In this document: one piece after another, positions 38,001 to 51,299 of the stretch
How the letters are laid out: each line of letters opens with the position of its first letter
Numbering within the stretch: the stretch's first letter is position 1
DNA from: Histomonas meleagridis 2922-C6/04-290x
Lineage: Eukaryota > Protista > Parabasalia
NCBI GenBank assembly: GCA_020184695.1
Contig: JAANOX010000140.1
Span: 1,441-65,440 of the forward strand
Reading direction: 5' to 3'
DNA length: 64,000 nucleotides
Notes under the pieces: model-generated
Databases searched by the model: none
What the model saw: the letters and a program-made list of their open reading frames with translations, nothing else
What the model was told of the DNA's origin: nothing
Program-made: the position numbers and the translations under genes

Positions 38001-40897
38001 ACCATTATCATCATGGTTACGAATTTCACCAATTCCGACACAATATTTTGAAGAATTTATTGAAACATTACCACGTAAAGTTGAACAAATTGATCCAACA
38101 CTTGGTATTGTTATTTTTTCACGATATTATTTAATATTAAAAGATTTCTTTTTTAAAGAATCACGTAAAAATTATTCTATGTTTTATTCTATTTCATCAC
38201 AAATTAAAAATATTAATTATAATGAAAATTATGATGAACTTGATTTACGAAATAATTCATTAATTTTAATGATATATCAAAATTGTGGTACATTAATAGC
38301 TAAATGTATGTATTATTTAGTTAATAAAAATTCACAACGACGAAATGAAGCATTACGATTTTTAACATCTATAGTTTATATAGTTATGTTAATTCGTAAT
38401 AATTCTAAAGGTGCAGCAACTATATTAAAGAAAATTGAAGAAATTAAGAAATCTATTTCATTAATTTCATTATCAGTATTTATACAAAAAAAGGATTTTT
38501 CACAATTAAATGAACTTTTTATCTACATATTTTCAATTTTGTTCAGAACAATTTATTTATGAATGTTTAAATAATAAACATAAACGTAAAATTCATAGTA
38601 AGAAATCGAGTAGTAATAATAATATTAATTCACTTTATTCTAATAGTAGTAATAATAATAATAATAATAATAATTCAAGTATTTCTAATAAGAAAATTCT
38701 TCGTAAAAAGAGTTCAGTTTCTGATGATTCATTACTTTATAGTAAATATGATAATGCACAACGTTCAAGTATTTCTATTGAACTTATTTCTAAATGGCTT
38801 AAACCCATGAAAATTCATACTAAAGAATATGGTATTTGTTTAAATTGTGAGAAATCATATCAATGTTTTAATCTTTATTCATTTGTCGAACGTTTATTAA
38901 TATTATGTAATAGTCAAGGTATGACTAAATCTATTGCAGCAATTTTAGATGTTATAATTAATACATCACCACATAATTTATTATTATGTTTATATGGATT
39001 AGAAAGTAAGAATAATGAATATTTAGAAAGTTCATTATTATTTGGTTTATATCTTTATACTAAGAAACCAAAAATCTTAATTCATGAATTAGCACAACGA
39101 TTTTCTATTAAACATTGGTATTTTTATGAGATTCAAATTAGTAAAATTGAACAATTTTTTAATATTAATAAATTTATTAATGAACTTAATGAAGAAATTA
39201 AATTAAATATTGATGATGAAGATGAAGAAGATGAAGAATTTCAAATTGATTATCAACATAATATTATATTTTCATTAAAATTAATTATAAAATGTCGACA
39301 ATTAGGTAATCAAACATCATTATCATATATGAAACCATTAGAATCACAAATTTTAATTTATTGTTTAATTGATAATAATAATTTTAATGAAGAAACTAAT
39401 AATTTAATTTCACAAATTACAGGTATATTACCACCAACACATCAACAAAATGAATGGAATTATCATGAAATTTTACCATTTATTGAAGGTCAAGAAAAAT
39501 TATTATTAGAATGGGGATTATGTTGTGGTAATTTAAGTATTGCTACTAATGCATTAAAAATATTTTATCTTAAGAATTATTTATTAAATAATGAATCTAT
39601 TCAAATGTTATTACGTGCACTTCATATTGTATCAATATCATTAAATGATCGTACTAATCCCTAATAAAAACAACAAACAGATGATATGTGGTTATTACGA
39701 GTTGTTGGTGATTCTAATCGTCCACGTTATGATACAGCAGTCAATTATTTAACTATTGGGTTAAAAATATTATTAAATAATATTCCAAAGAATAATAATA
39801 AATTTATTAATGAAATCTTTTGGACAGGATTTTGTTCATGTAAATGTCAAGAAAATGAATATCAAAGTATTTATGAGTCAGGTCTTTCTATAATTCATTC
39901 TATTATATTAACGAAACATAATTTTAATTTTCAACCACAAGATGAATTTCATGGATTAATTAATATATTATTAACAGCTAATTTAAGTAATTATGAATAT
40001 ATTGAAAAAATCTTTGAAATCTTTATTAATTTAATAATTAATAATAAAACGGAATTATTACGTAAATTTGGTGAATGGAAAACTATTTCAGCGTTTGTCT
40101 TAGTTCCATATCGATGGTCATTAAGTATTGATACTAATATTAATCAACAACTTTCTAAATCATTAATTGAATATGAACATAATGAAACAGAACGACGAAT
40201 TATTGAAGATGCTATGAATGGGCAACGTAAGAACAATGAATCATTAATTAAATTTTCAGAAACATTTAGTAAGAAACTTAAAGAAGAAGATTTACTTATG
40301 ATATTAACATTTTATTCCAAAATTATTGAATATTGTCCAAGTAATATCAAAGAATCGATTTATTATATTTGTAGTGAAATCATTAAAGATAAAACGCGCA
40401 CAGAAATCCAAAAAGAATTTACGACACTTGCGTATTATGCTATTAATGAACGAAGTAATGAAAATTCTGAAGCAGCGCTAATGTTTTTGAAGAATGTTTC
40501 GACAGATGTTTCATTACCACAAAAATTACCACAGAAAACGACGAACAAACAATTTTCTCCATTTCCTTTAATGAGTATTTATAATGAACCGATTCATAAT
40601 TGGAAACCTCAAAATAACATCGACATCTTCCAAACGTATTTAACATTTCCGCCACTGTACATCACCGATTTCACATTTCATGGGTGTCAAGTGCTGAACT
40701 TATGGAACAGCATTCGTAAAATTAAAATTTCGCCATTCACAGAATGGTACAACGAATTATTTGAAGCTCAGTTACATAGCGGCACACCGAACAAAGAAGG
40801 CGGCGCAGACGCAGTCATCGATTATGATCTGAAGCAAAAGGAATTTAACGAAGAAATTAAGAAACGAACAATGGAAATCATATCGAGAAACATATGA
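35067..40897 (+). CDS. Furry/MOR2-PAG1-like protein, right copy (frameshifted)
   Basis: ORFs 35022/35067-35348, 35549-36217, 36610-38562, 38510-39664 and 39686-40897 mirror the left copy. Confidence 0.6.
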
Positions 40898-40928
40898 AAA
40901 TAATTTTAACAAGTAAAAAACAAATTAA

Positions 40929-43814
40929 AATGTTTTGTTTTAATATTATATTCACATTTCAAATAATATCTATGTGAAATATTTAACAATAAAATGTTTC
41001 TTCATTAGATTTAAATAATCAAATTCAGTAAATGTTTTGTTTTAATATAATATTCACATTTCAAATAATATCGATGTGAAATATTTAACAATAAAATGTT
41101 TCTTCTTTAGATTTAAATAATCAAATTCAGTAAATGTTTTTTTTTTAATATAATATTCACATTTCAAAATAATATCGATGTGAAATATTTAACAATAAAA
41201 TGTTTCTTCTTTAGATTTAAATAATCAAAATTCAGTAAATGTATTATAATATTCACATTTCAAATAANATCGATNTGAAATATTTAACAATAAAATGTTT
41301 CTTCTTTAGATTTAAATAATCAAATTCAGTAAATGTTTTGTTTTTATTATAATATTCACATTTCAAATAATATCGATGTGAAATATTTAACAATAAAATG
41401 TTTCTTCTTTAGATTTAAATAATCAAATTCAGTAAATGTTTTTTTTTATTATAATATTCACATTTCAAATAATATCGATGTGAAATATTTAACAATAAAA
41501 TGTTTCTTCTTTAGATTTAAATAATAAAATTCAGTAAATGTTTTTTTTTATTATAATATTCACATTTCAAATAATATCGATGTGAAATATTTAACAATAA
41601 AATGTTTCTTCTTTAGATTTAAATAATCAAATTCAGTAAATGTTTTGTTTTATTATAATATTCACATTTCAAATAATATCGATGTGAAATATTTAACAAT
41701 AAAATGTTTCTTCTTTAGATTTAAATAATCAAATTCAGTAAATGTTTTGTTTTATTATAATATTCACATTTCAAATAATATCGATGTGAAATATTTAACA
41801 ATAAAATGTTTCTTCTTTAGATTTAAATAATAAAATTAAGGAAATGTTTTGTTTTATTATAATATTCACATTTCAAATAATATCGATGTGAAATATTTAA
41901 CAATAAAATGTTTCTTCTTTAGATTTAAATAATCAAATTCAGTAAATGTTTTGTTTTATTATAATATTCACATTTCAAAATAATATAGATGTGAAATATA
42001 TAACAATAAAATGTTTCTTCTTTAGATTTAAATAATAAAAATTAAGGAAATGTTTTTGTTTTTATTATAATATTCACATTTCAAATAATATCGATGTGAA
42101 ATATTTAACAATAAAATGTTTCTTCTTTAGATTTAAATAATCAAATTCAGTAAATGTTTTGTTTTTATTATAATATTCACATTTCAAATAATATCGATGT
42201 GAAATATTTAACAATAAAAATGTTTCTTCTTTAGATTTAAATAATCAAAATTCAGTAAATGTTTTGTTTTTATTATAATATTCACATTTCAAATAATATC
42301 GATGTGAAATATTTAACAATAAAATGTTTCTTCTTTAGATTTAAATAATCAAAATTCAGTAAATGTTTTGTTTTTATTATAATATTCTACAGTCAAATAA
42401 TATCGATGTGAAATATTTAACAATAAAATGTTTCTTCTTTAGATTTAAATAATCAAATTCAGTAAATGTTTTGTTTTTATTATAATATTCACATTTCAAA
42501 TAATATCGATGTGAAATATTTAACAATAAAATGTTTCTTCTTTAGATTTAAATAATCAAATTCAGTAAATGTTTTGTTTTATTATAATATTCACATTTCA
42601 AATAATATCGATGTGAAATATTTAACAATAAAATGTTTCTTCTTTAGATTTAAATAATCAAATTCAGTAAATGTTTTTTTTTAATATAATATTCACATTT
42701 CAAATAATATCGATGTGAAATATTTAACAATAAAATGTTTCTTCTTTAGATTTAAATAATCAAATTCAGTAAATGTTTTGTTTTATTATAATATTCACAT
42801 TTCAAATAATATCGATGTGAAATATTTAACAATAAAATGTTTCTTCTTTAGATTTAAATAATCAAATTCAGTAAATGTTTTTTTTTTTATTATAATATTC
42901 ACATTTCAAATAATATCGATGTGAAATATTTAACAATAAAATGTTTCTTCTTTAGATTTAAATAATCAAATTCAGTAAATGTTTTGTTTTAATATAATAT
43001 TCGCATTTCAAATAATATCGCTGTGAAATATTTAACAATAAAATGTTTCTTCTTTAGATTTAAATAATCAAATTCAGTATATGTTTTGTTTTTATTATAA
43101 TATTCACATTTCAAATAATATCGATGTGAAATATTTAACAATAAAAATGTTTCTTCTTTAGATTTAAATAATCAAATTCAGTAAATGTTTTGTTTTTATT
43201 ATAATATTCACATTTCAAATAATATCGATGTGAAATATTTAACAATAAAATGTTTCTTCTTTAGATTTAAATAATCAAATTCAGTAAATGTTTTTGTTTT
43301 AATATTATATTCACATTTCAAATAATATCGATGTGAAATATTTAACAATAAAATGTTTCTTCTTTAGATTTAAATAATCAAATTCAGTAAATGTTTTGTT
43401 TTAATATAATATTCACATTTCAAATAATATCGATGTGAAATATTTAACAATAAAATGTTTCTTCTTTAGATTTAAATAATCAAATTCAGTAAATGTTTTG
43501 TTTTATTATAATATTCACATTTCAAATAATATCGATGTGAAATATTTAACAATAAAATGTTTCTTCTTTAGATTTAAATAATAAAATTAAGGAAATGTTT
43601 TTGTTTTTATTATAATATTCACATTTCAAATAATATCGATGTGAAATATTTAACAATAAAATGTTTCTTCTTTAGATTTAAATAATCAAATTCAGTAAAT
43701 GTTTTTGTTTTATTATAATATTCACATTTCAAATAATATCGATGTGAAATATTTAACAATAAAATGTTTCTTCTTTAGATTTAAATAATCAAATTAAGTA
43801 AATGTTTTGTTTTA
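40929..43814. repeat. 102-bp tandem array, right copy, about 28 units (reverse orientation)
   Basis: Reverse complement of the left unit. Contains two N calls, at 41268 and 41275. Confidence 0.97.
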
Positions 43815-43873
43815 ATTCACTTAAAAAAATTCCACAAATAAAATGTTTAATTACAAAAAATATTACAAACATT

Positions 43874-44485
43874 TCAACAGCATTTGCCTTTCTTTTCTTC
43901 ATTACTTATAAGAACTGGTGGCGATTCGTTAATCGGTTCAAACATTTCGAACAATTGTTTCCCAATTTCAAGAAAAAAAGTTGATTAATTCCTTGCCCTG
44001 TTTTTCGCTGATGTAAGTGAATATGGAAGATTATACCGCTTAACAGTGTCTGCTATAAGGGAAAGAGTTGAATATTCATTAACTAAATCAAACTTATTCC
44101 CAACTAAAAAAATAGGAATATTATCGTTAACATTTTCACTAATAAATTTAAGCCATTGATCTATAGATTCTGTATACTTTTTGTTGGTTAAATCAAAAAC
44201 TAAAATAATTGCATCTGTACCTCGAAAATAAATAGGTACAATCGACCTATATCTTTCTTGTCCTGCTGTGTCCCAGATTTTAAAACTTTTGTTCTCACCA
44301 AATTCTGGAAGATATTTTAAAACAAAAGACGTTCCAATGGTTGTAGTACAATTAGAATCAAAAAATTCATTGGTATATCTACAAATAATACTGGTCTTAC
44401 CTACATTCGAATCTCCAATAACTACGATTTTTTTGGTTAAATTATTATTAGAATTGTTATTGTTGTCTCCTTCATAATTAGACAT
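43874..44485 (-). CDS. Rab GTPase, right copy (frameshift near 44000)
   Basis: Same protein as 18304-18912 up to SAK, then out of frame. The KKGKCC stop is present at 43874. Confidence 0.9.
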
Positions 44486-44603
44486 TGAATAAAAAATAAA
44501 CTTCTCAATATGTATAGGGTGCCTTAATAATTTCATTGAAAAAACAGCACTTTTTTACATCGATAATAAAATTTAAAATTTTTAAAATTTTTTATTTATT
44601 TAT

Positions 44604-47007
44604 TTATTTATTAGTTTTTGAGTATTCACTAATTTGTTTCAAAATTATAAAAATAGTATTAGTATCACATGTAATAAATCCATCATAAATTATTGAAATT
44701 GTTTCTTCATTTAATTGAATAATTTCTTTTATTACTTCAATAATGTTACCAACTGTGATACTTTCATTGTCAATCATTTGAATGATTAATGCTGATGATC
44801 TACGGATTTGTTCTTCATAATATATCGTAATTAATCCTTTAAATATATTTTCTATTATTATTATACAAATATTATTATCAATTTTTTGTTTACAAATATC
44901 ATTAAACATTGATAATGTTGAATTAATTAAAACAATATTTGGAATATTAAATAATGAAAGAAGAAAATCAATTCGAATATAATTCCAAAATATATTCGAT
45001 TTTAAATATAAATCATGAACAAAATCTATAATTTTAGATCCAGTAATAATATCATTTTGATAATCAAATGAATAAATAAATGTTAAAATTCCTTCAATAG
45101 GAAAATAATCAATAAAATAACTACAAAGAACAAATATATTTTTAGGGATACAAATTTTTTTATTATTTCATTTGTCCATTCAATAACATTTTTAATTTCA
45201 TTAATATAATCATATGAAATACAAATAATAAAAAAATCAGTTAAATTATCTTGAAATTCTTGTTCATTATTAAATAAATATGGTCGAAAGATTTCAATTA
45301 TAGAATTAAACATTTTATATTTAAAGTCATTAGGAACTTTATTATGTGTTTCTTTGATAAATTCATAAAGAAATTTTTAATACATTTTCTTGTTGTTTAT
45401 TATTAATCCCAATGTTAATAATATTTAATATGTTTTCATAAAGAAATGGATAAAGATTTGGTTCAAATGAACTTATTCGATATAATATAATAAATATTTG
45501 TAATAATAAATTAATTGTCGTGTTTTTACAAAATTCAATTAAAATTGGTATAAATGGGATTAAAAGTTCTGGTTCTGTACTCGAATATTTATTAATAACT
45601 TCAAGAACTAAATTTGGCATTTGTTCAAGAAATTCAAATGTTAATAAAATAAATTTTTTGGAATATCGTCTAAAATGAAATCCAATTTGTGAAATATAAT
45701 GTAATGATGTAATTGGTTTATTACTTATTGTAATTAATATTTGATTACATTGTTCTGAAAAATATTTCCAAAATTCACTTTCTGTATATGAAATAAAAAA
45801 GAAAATCGTGAAATATTGTTGATGTTGAAATAAAATTTGTATAAATTCTGCATAAAAATTTGGAAAATATCGTTGAAGTTCTGAAAGTATTCCTTTAATA
45901 ATTTCATTTCGAAAGATTTCGTTGTTAATTATTATAATTTGATTTAAAAATTGAAAAAATAAATAAAATATTTCTTTAAATTCGTCTTTTTGTGGAAAAC
46001 TACAAAGAAATGTCGAAAATGAACTTATTAAATTTAAAAAGAGTTCATTCGGTTGAATTAAAATTTGAAATACATTTATAAATTGTTTCATGAGATCATT
46101 TAAAAAAGGAATTTGTGAAATTTCTGCAAAAAAATCAAATGAAACTTCATCAAAAAATGTTTCCATTAAATTAACTATAAATTGATATGTTTCTTCTTCT
46201 TTAATCCCTTCTTTAACATTATGAAAAAAATCATATAAATTAAAAAGTCCAATAATATTAAAACAATAATTTTTTTATCTTCATCATCTAATTTATTCGA
46301 ATATTTTTTTCTAATATTTCATAAATTATTTGATAAATTTCATATTTATATTCCATTGAAATAGTAATTTCTTTAATAACATTAAAATATTTATAAAACA
46401 TTTTTAAAATCGTTTTTGAAATATAAATAATGATTTATAAAGTTTTAACCAAAAAAATTAGAAATAGGACAATTATCAAGTGTTATAAATCCAAATTCTG
46501 TAACAATATTAAGATTCTTTCGAACTTCTAATCCAATGTTATATCGATAAATAAATTGTTCTCCTTCATTATATGAATCAAAAAGAAGATATAAAAAAAG
46601 AAGAAGTAATTCACCTCGAAATTCTTGAATACAAACTTCAAAATATTTAAAATTTATAAAAATTAAATAACAAAGACATGTTATACATTTGATAATATGT
46701 GATTGATTAATGTTTTTTGTTGATTTCGTTGAAGAAATGTCATAAGTGTAAAAAAAGTAAGATCTGTTTTTTCTTGTTCAAAAAAATCCAAATGTTTTTC
46801 AATTAAATGTTGAATACAATAACACCCAAAAAATATATATGGAATTTGTGTCTCTGTTTGAAGTAATCCAATCGAAATTGGAAAACTTTCTGGTGAATTC
46901 ATCCAAAATGTAATATATTGTTCTGCATTAGATCGAATTTCTTCTGATGGGTTTGTAACAAATGATTGAATTGCTGACTTAACAGCATCAATCGAAAAAG
47001 AAATCAA
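44604..47007 (-). CDS. Importin-beta-like HEAT protein, right copy (frameshifted)
   Basis: Fragments 46681-47007, 45363-46166, 45083-45313 and 44604-44909 mirror the left copy. Confidence 0.55.
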
Positions 47008-47663
47008 ACCAAAAAATGATTTATGGAAATAAAGATAATATTAATAAACGTGCGCTCATAAACATTTTTCGAATACTTCAATATGGAATTAAATTTCTTT
47101 TTTAAAAGTTAGTATTAAAGTTAAATATACCAAATATAACTTTTTAACTTATAAAATCTTTGGAAATAAATTTTCTAAATTATTGGTGATTTCAAAATAA
47201 TTTAATATTAATTAAGTTTTATATACATATAAATAAAATAAGAAATCTTGTTAATTAAATATTATATTTTAAGGATAAAACTATTAAAATATCAAGATGA
47301 AACAGAAAAAAGACTTTAAAGATGCCACTTTCTTTACAAAAAGATATAATTGTAATGATATAATAAAAGAGAAAACACATTAAATATCATTTCTAAAAAT
47401 CAGGTTGCATGTTAAATAAAATTAAGACTTTATTAATTTTTTTTTTCTAAATGATAAATTTTTATTCCTTCCAGATTATTTAATTTTTGTATTATTAAAA
47501 GTATTTTTATGGAATATTTTCAATCTTTATTTTTTGCCTCATATAAAAAATGAAAATCTTTTTTTATTGAAATGACGCGATGTAAACTTATTAAAAAACG
47601 TGATAAAAAGTGCCTCAGGGTTAAATAATTTTTAATTGAAAATTAAATTTAAAAATTTTATAA

Positions 47664-47671
47664 AACCGTTT
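47664..47671 (+). promoter_or_regulatory. M3-like element upstream of F-BAR-SH3
   Basis: AACCGTTT about 35 nt before ATG 47706. Confidence 0.45.
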
Positions 47672-47705
47672 ATCATAGTTTGCAGATAAACGTCTTCGTA
47701 TTATC

Positions 47706-48947
47706 ATGTCCACAGGTTTAAAAGCAATTAATGGCATTTATAAAAAATTAATATCCTCATCAGAACGGCGATTGGAGATGTGTGATATCATTCAAAAGAT
47801 GTTTACATCATTTTTCACAGTCTTATATAACGTTTATTGACGACTTCAGTTTATTTTTAAATGATATTAAACTTCAACTATCAGAAACAGAACGACCAAG
47901 TATTGAGAAAGAATTTACTGATTGGGCTGTTGAATTTATAGCTAATTATGATCCTAACCAAGTTTTTTTCACACATCTTCAAAAAGAAATTGTAGCGCCA
48001 TTTACTAAACATCGTAACAAGTATAGTAAAGGAGTTCAAGAATTTGAAGCGCGCTATCTTTCTGCGAAGAAAAAGTTGTCTGAATCAGTTTGTTTATATA
48101 AAGAAGAATATAAAAATTATGTTAATCATTGTGAACAAATCGAAAAGGCAGGCGACATAGCTATGAAAGATCCGACGCGCCAAGGCGAACTTGACAAACT
48201 TCGAAATGAATGTTATGAAATCGAGAAGCGCGCGATTGAAGCGTGCGACGAAGTTGGTCGTTCGCGTCGAGGATTTCAACGATCTATCGAAGAAATTATA
48301 TTTGATTATGAAAATGGGGAACGAGAATTCTTCAGTAATGTTCAAACGTGTTTATACCACTTCTCAGAGATATGTGACAATCTTGCGTCGTCATACGTTG
48401 AATTAACGACTAAAGCGCGAACTAAACTTGATACACTTATCTCGAACATTCATGATAACGATGTTTTATCTCCGCGTAAAGTTTCCACTATTGTTGAAAC
48501 ATTTTCAGATGTTCCAGTCTTAAATTTTGATATTTTTTTGATTATTTACCATGGAACAAAGTATTTTATAATGAATTACATTCCACATTTATGACAGTCA
48601 TGTGCGAATTTTCAAGTCCGAACAGCGATTATTTAACAGTTGAAGCAGGCGAAATTGTTAAAGTTATTAAAGTTCAAGGATCTAATGTAATTATTGAAAG
48701 TGATAAATGTCGAGTTAAAGGGAAAATTCCATCGACGTTCTTAAAGAGTAACAAAACATATAAACGGAAAGTTTATCATGTTGAAGAAGATTATAATGGA
48801 GAAGGGAACGAAGAATTAAGTATCAAGAAAGGGCAATACGTGTGTTGGCTCTCCGACGATGGGACGAAAGCAAGATGCAAAACAGCGTCAGGTACAGTTG
48901 GTTATTTACCAATGTCAATCCTAAAACTTATGGATAAAAAGAAATAA
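47706..48947 (+). CDS. F-BAR + 2xSH3 protein, right copy (full length, small frameshifts)
   Basis: ATG at 47706 (MSTGLKAING). Contains the FFTHLQKEIVAPF...LSESVC segment missing from the left copy. Confidence 0.72.
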
Positions 48948-49039
48948 AAGCGGTGAAACATTCGGTAACTTTTTATTTATTTATTTATTTAATGAGAAAA
49001 TATTTTTATTAAAGTTTATGATAAAAAAGAATTTTAATA

Positions 49040-49543
49040 TTAATAATCATAAGAACATTTGTTTTGATCACTCCATTCTATATTTTGTCTTATAAAAAAG
49101 ACCATAAGAATGATAATATAAAATATAATACCTATGACTTGTAGAATGAGAAATGTAAGAAGTTTATTATATGGCAATACTGTAAACATATCATATATTA
49201 ATAAATTATTTTGTTGAATAAGCCATCTTTTTCGAAAATTATTATAATCTTTTAAAGCTTCTTGACTTGATTTCCTATAAGATTCTAATTGTTCAACATA
49301 TTGATCTGCTTTTGTATTTGTTTTCCCATAAAATAAACTAAAAATTCCGAAAGAATTAGGATTAATTATACATGAAAAATTTAAACTTACACATACAAGA
49401 GTAGCAAACCAAAATACACCAATAATTATAAGGAGACATTTGTTTAAATATTTTTTTAATATGAAATGGATAATATTTATAACAATTAAAATTATTGTTA
49501 AAGCAGAAAAAATACAAATACAAATCGCACTTATATTTATCAT
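49040..49543 (-). CDS. Four-TM protein, right copy, 5'-truncated (3 TM remain)
   Basis: A ~194-bp deletion (left 13196-13389) removes the native start and the junction creates an in-frame ATG (MINISAI). Confidence 0.5.
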   Translation of the reverse strand: MINISAICICIFSALTIILIVINIIHFILKKYLNKCLLIIIGVFWFATLVCVSLNFSCIINPNSFGIFSLFYGKTNTKADQYVEQLESYRKSSQEALKDYNNFRKRWLIQQNNLLIYDMFTVLPYNKLLTFLILQVIGIIFYIIILMVFFIRQNIEWSDQNKCSYDY

Positions 49544-49772
49544 AAAAAAATAATATTCTATCTAAAGTTGAAAGATTAAAAACTTTTTCTTCAAACAAAA
49601 GTTTCTTTATTGAAATGTTACAGTAAAATAGTTGAAACTATATTTATCATATGTTATTTTTATTATTATTAATTCAAATGAAAAGGCAAGAATGAAGAAA
49701 ACTTATCATATTTAATCTTTCTTATCTGATAAAAAATCAAAAAATCCGTTTATTTTAACGTCCTCCTTAAAA

Positions 49773-50985
49773 ATGGAAGAAAAGAAGAAAAAAGATCATT
49801 CAGTATGGAATACATTAATGTCATCAGAGAAAATTCCAAAAGGTTTCTGGAAGCTAACTAGAGAAGATTTAATTTGTTTTTTAACAATGTTTTTATTAAC
49901 ACTTTTTATCTGGATAAATACCGCAGTTACAGGACCATTTTATGATATATTTAGTTATTGGGATGGACCGAATTATTTATATGTCAGTATGACTGGTTAT
50001 AAAATTCCTTTAACAAATCCTTGGACAAAGTATTATCATATGAATCCATCATATTTTTGCATGTCATTTACCAGGATATCCTATGTTAATCACAATTTGT
50101 TCTAAAATTTGTTTACCAATGAAACTTTTTGGTTTAAATAATTATTATTTAGGTTTTCATTTATCGATTCTTGTTTCATCATTTTTATATGTTTATGGCT
50201 TACGAAGATTATTAATTGTCACCAAAACTGTTCGTAATCCTCTTCTTACGACAATTCTTTCAGTTTTTTTACCAATTCGATTTGTTATTTATCATTCAGT
50301 TGGATCGAGTGAACCATTGTTTATGTTTTTGTCTTTTTTTAACATTTATTTTTTATAAGACGGATCAATATATATTTATGCTCTTTAGTATTTGGATGTG
50401 TTGTTACACACGAATCGAAGGCATGGCCATTGGCGCCAGCATCGGAATTTGTTATTTGTTACGATTTTGTATTTTTAAAGCGATTGGAATGTTTTTTTAC
50501 TTTTCTTGCACCTATAACATTAATTTTATTGCATAAATATATGTTTAATGACCCATTAGCATACATTCATTATAACCAAGGCTCGCAAAGTCTTATTGGG
50601 AAGCCATTTCATGAAATATTAAACATCCAACGAAATGGCGACGAACTTTATTCACATTCATTTATCATATTTTTTACGATCATTTTCATAGGACATCTTA
50701 TAACATATACAAAATCAATTCCAATTGGAGTTCTTTCAAGTATATATCTGATTTATATCAGCTGCTTATCGCATATTGATATTTATCGATACGCATTACC
50801 TTGTTCGATATTTTTCGATATTAATTGGATTTGATTGCATTTTGTCAACGAAAGAAGGTCGGAAAATGTTAGTCATTGCGTTGCCATTTTATCTTATTGT
50901 TTTATCTATTTATGCGCGAGGACAAATTCACAGTAATATCGCAGTGCCGTTTTTCATTGACGAAATGTTTAATTCTTTAAAGTGA
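49773..50985 (+). CDS. PIG-V-like GT-C glycosyltransferase, right copy (frameshifted)
   Basis: Five overlapping ORF fragments tile the 401-aa left protein. Confidence 0.65.
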
Positions 50986-51299
50986 ATTAAATGTAACTAA
51001 AGATAAATAATTTGAATTTACCAATAAAGAAACAAAATATATTGGAAAAGTTCAATCAAATACAACAAAGGTTCTTAACATATAAAAGCTAAAGCCTCTT
51101 CATGTACGCGTACATAATTTTGGACCAAGCTCACAAAGTCAGTAAAATATTATGAATTGTTTTAATTTTTTTAATTTTTGATATAAGTGTTAACATGTAA
51201 TTTTCTTTATCACTGTTTAAAAAATATTTTCTTTATCACATTCATCAAAATGACTTTTGATATGAAAATGCACGTTAACTTTTCTTTATTATTTTTCAA

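Noticed and set aside
38640-38675. (AAT)n poly-Asn length difference between arms (7 vs 8 Asn)
   Set aside because: An ordinary microsatellite, within the error rate of this sequence.
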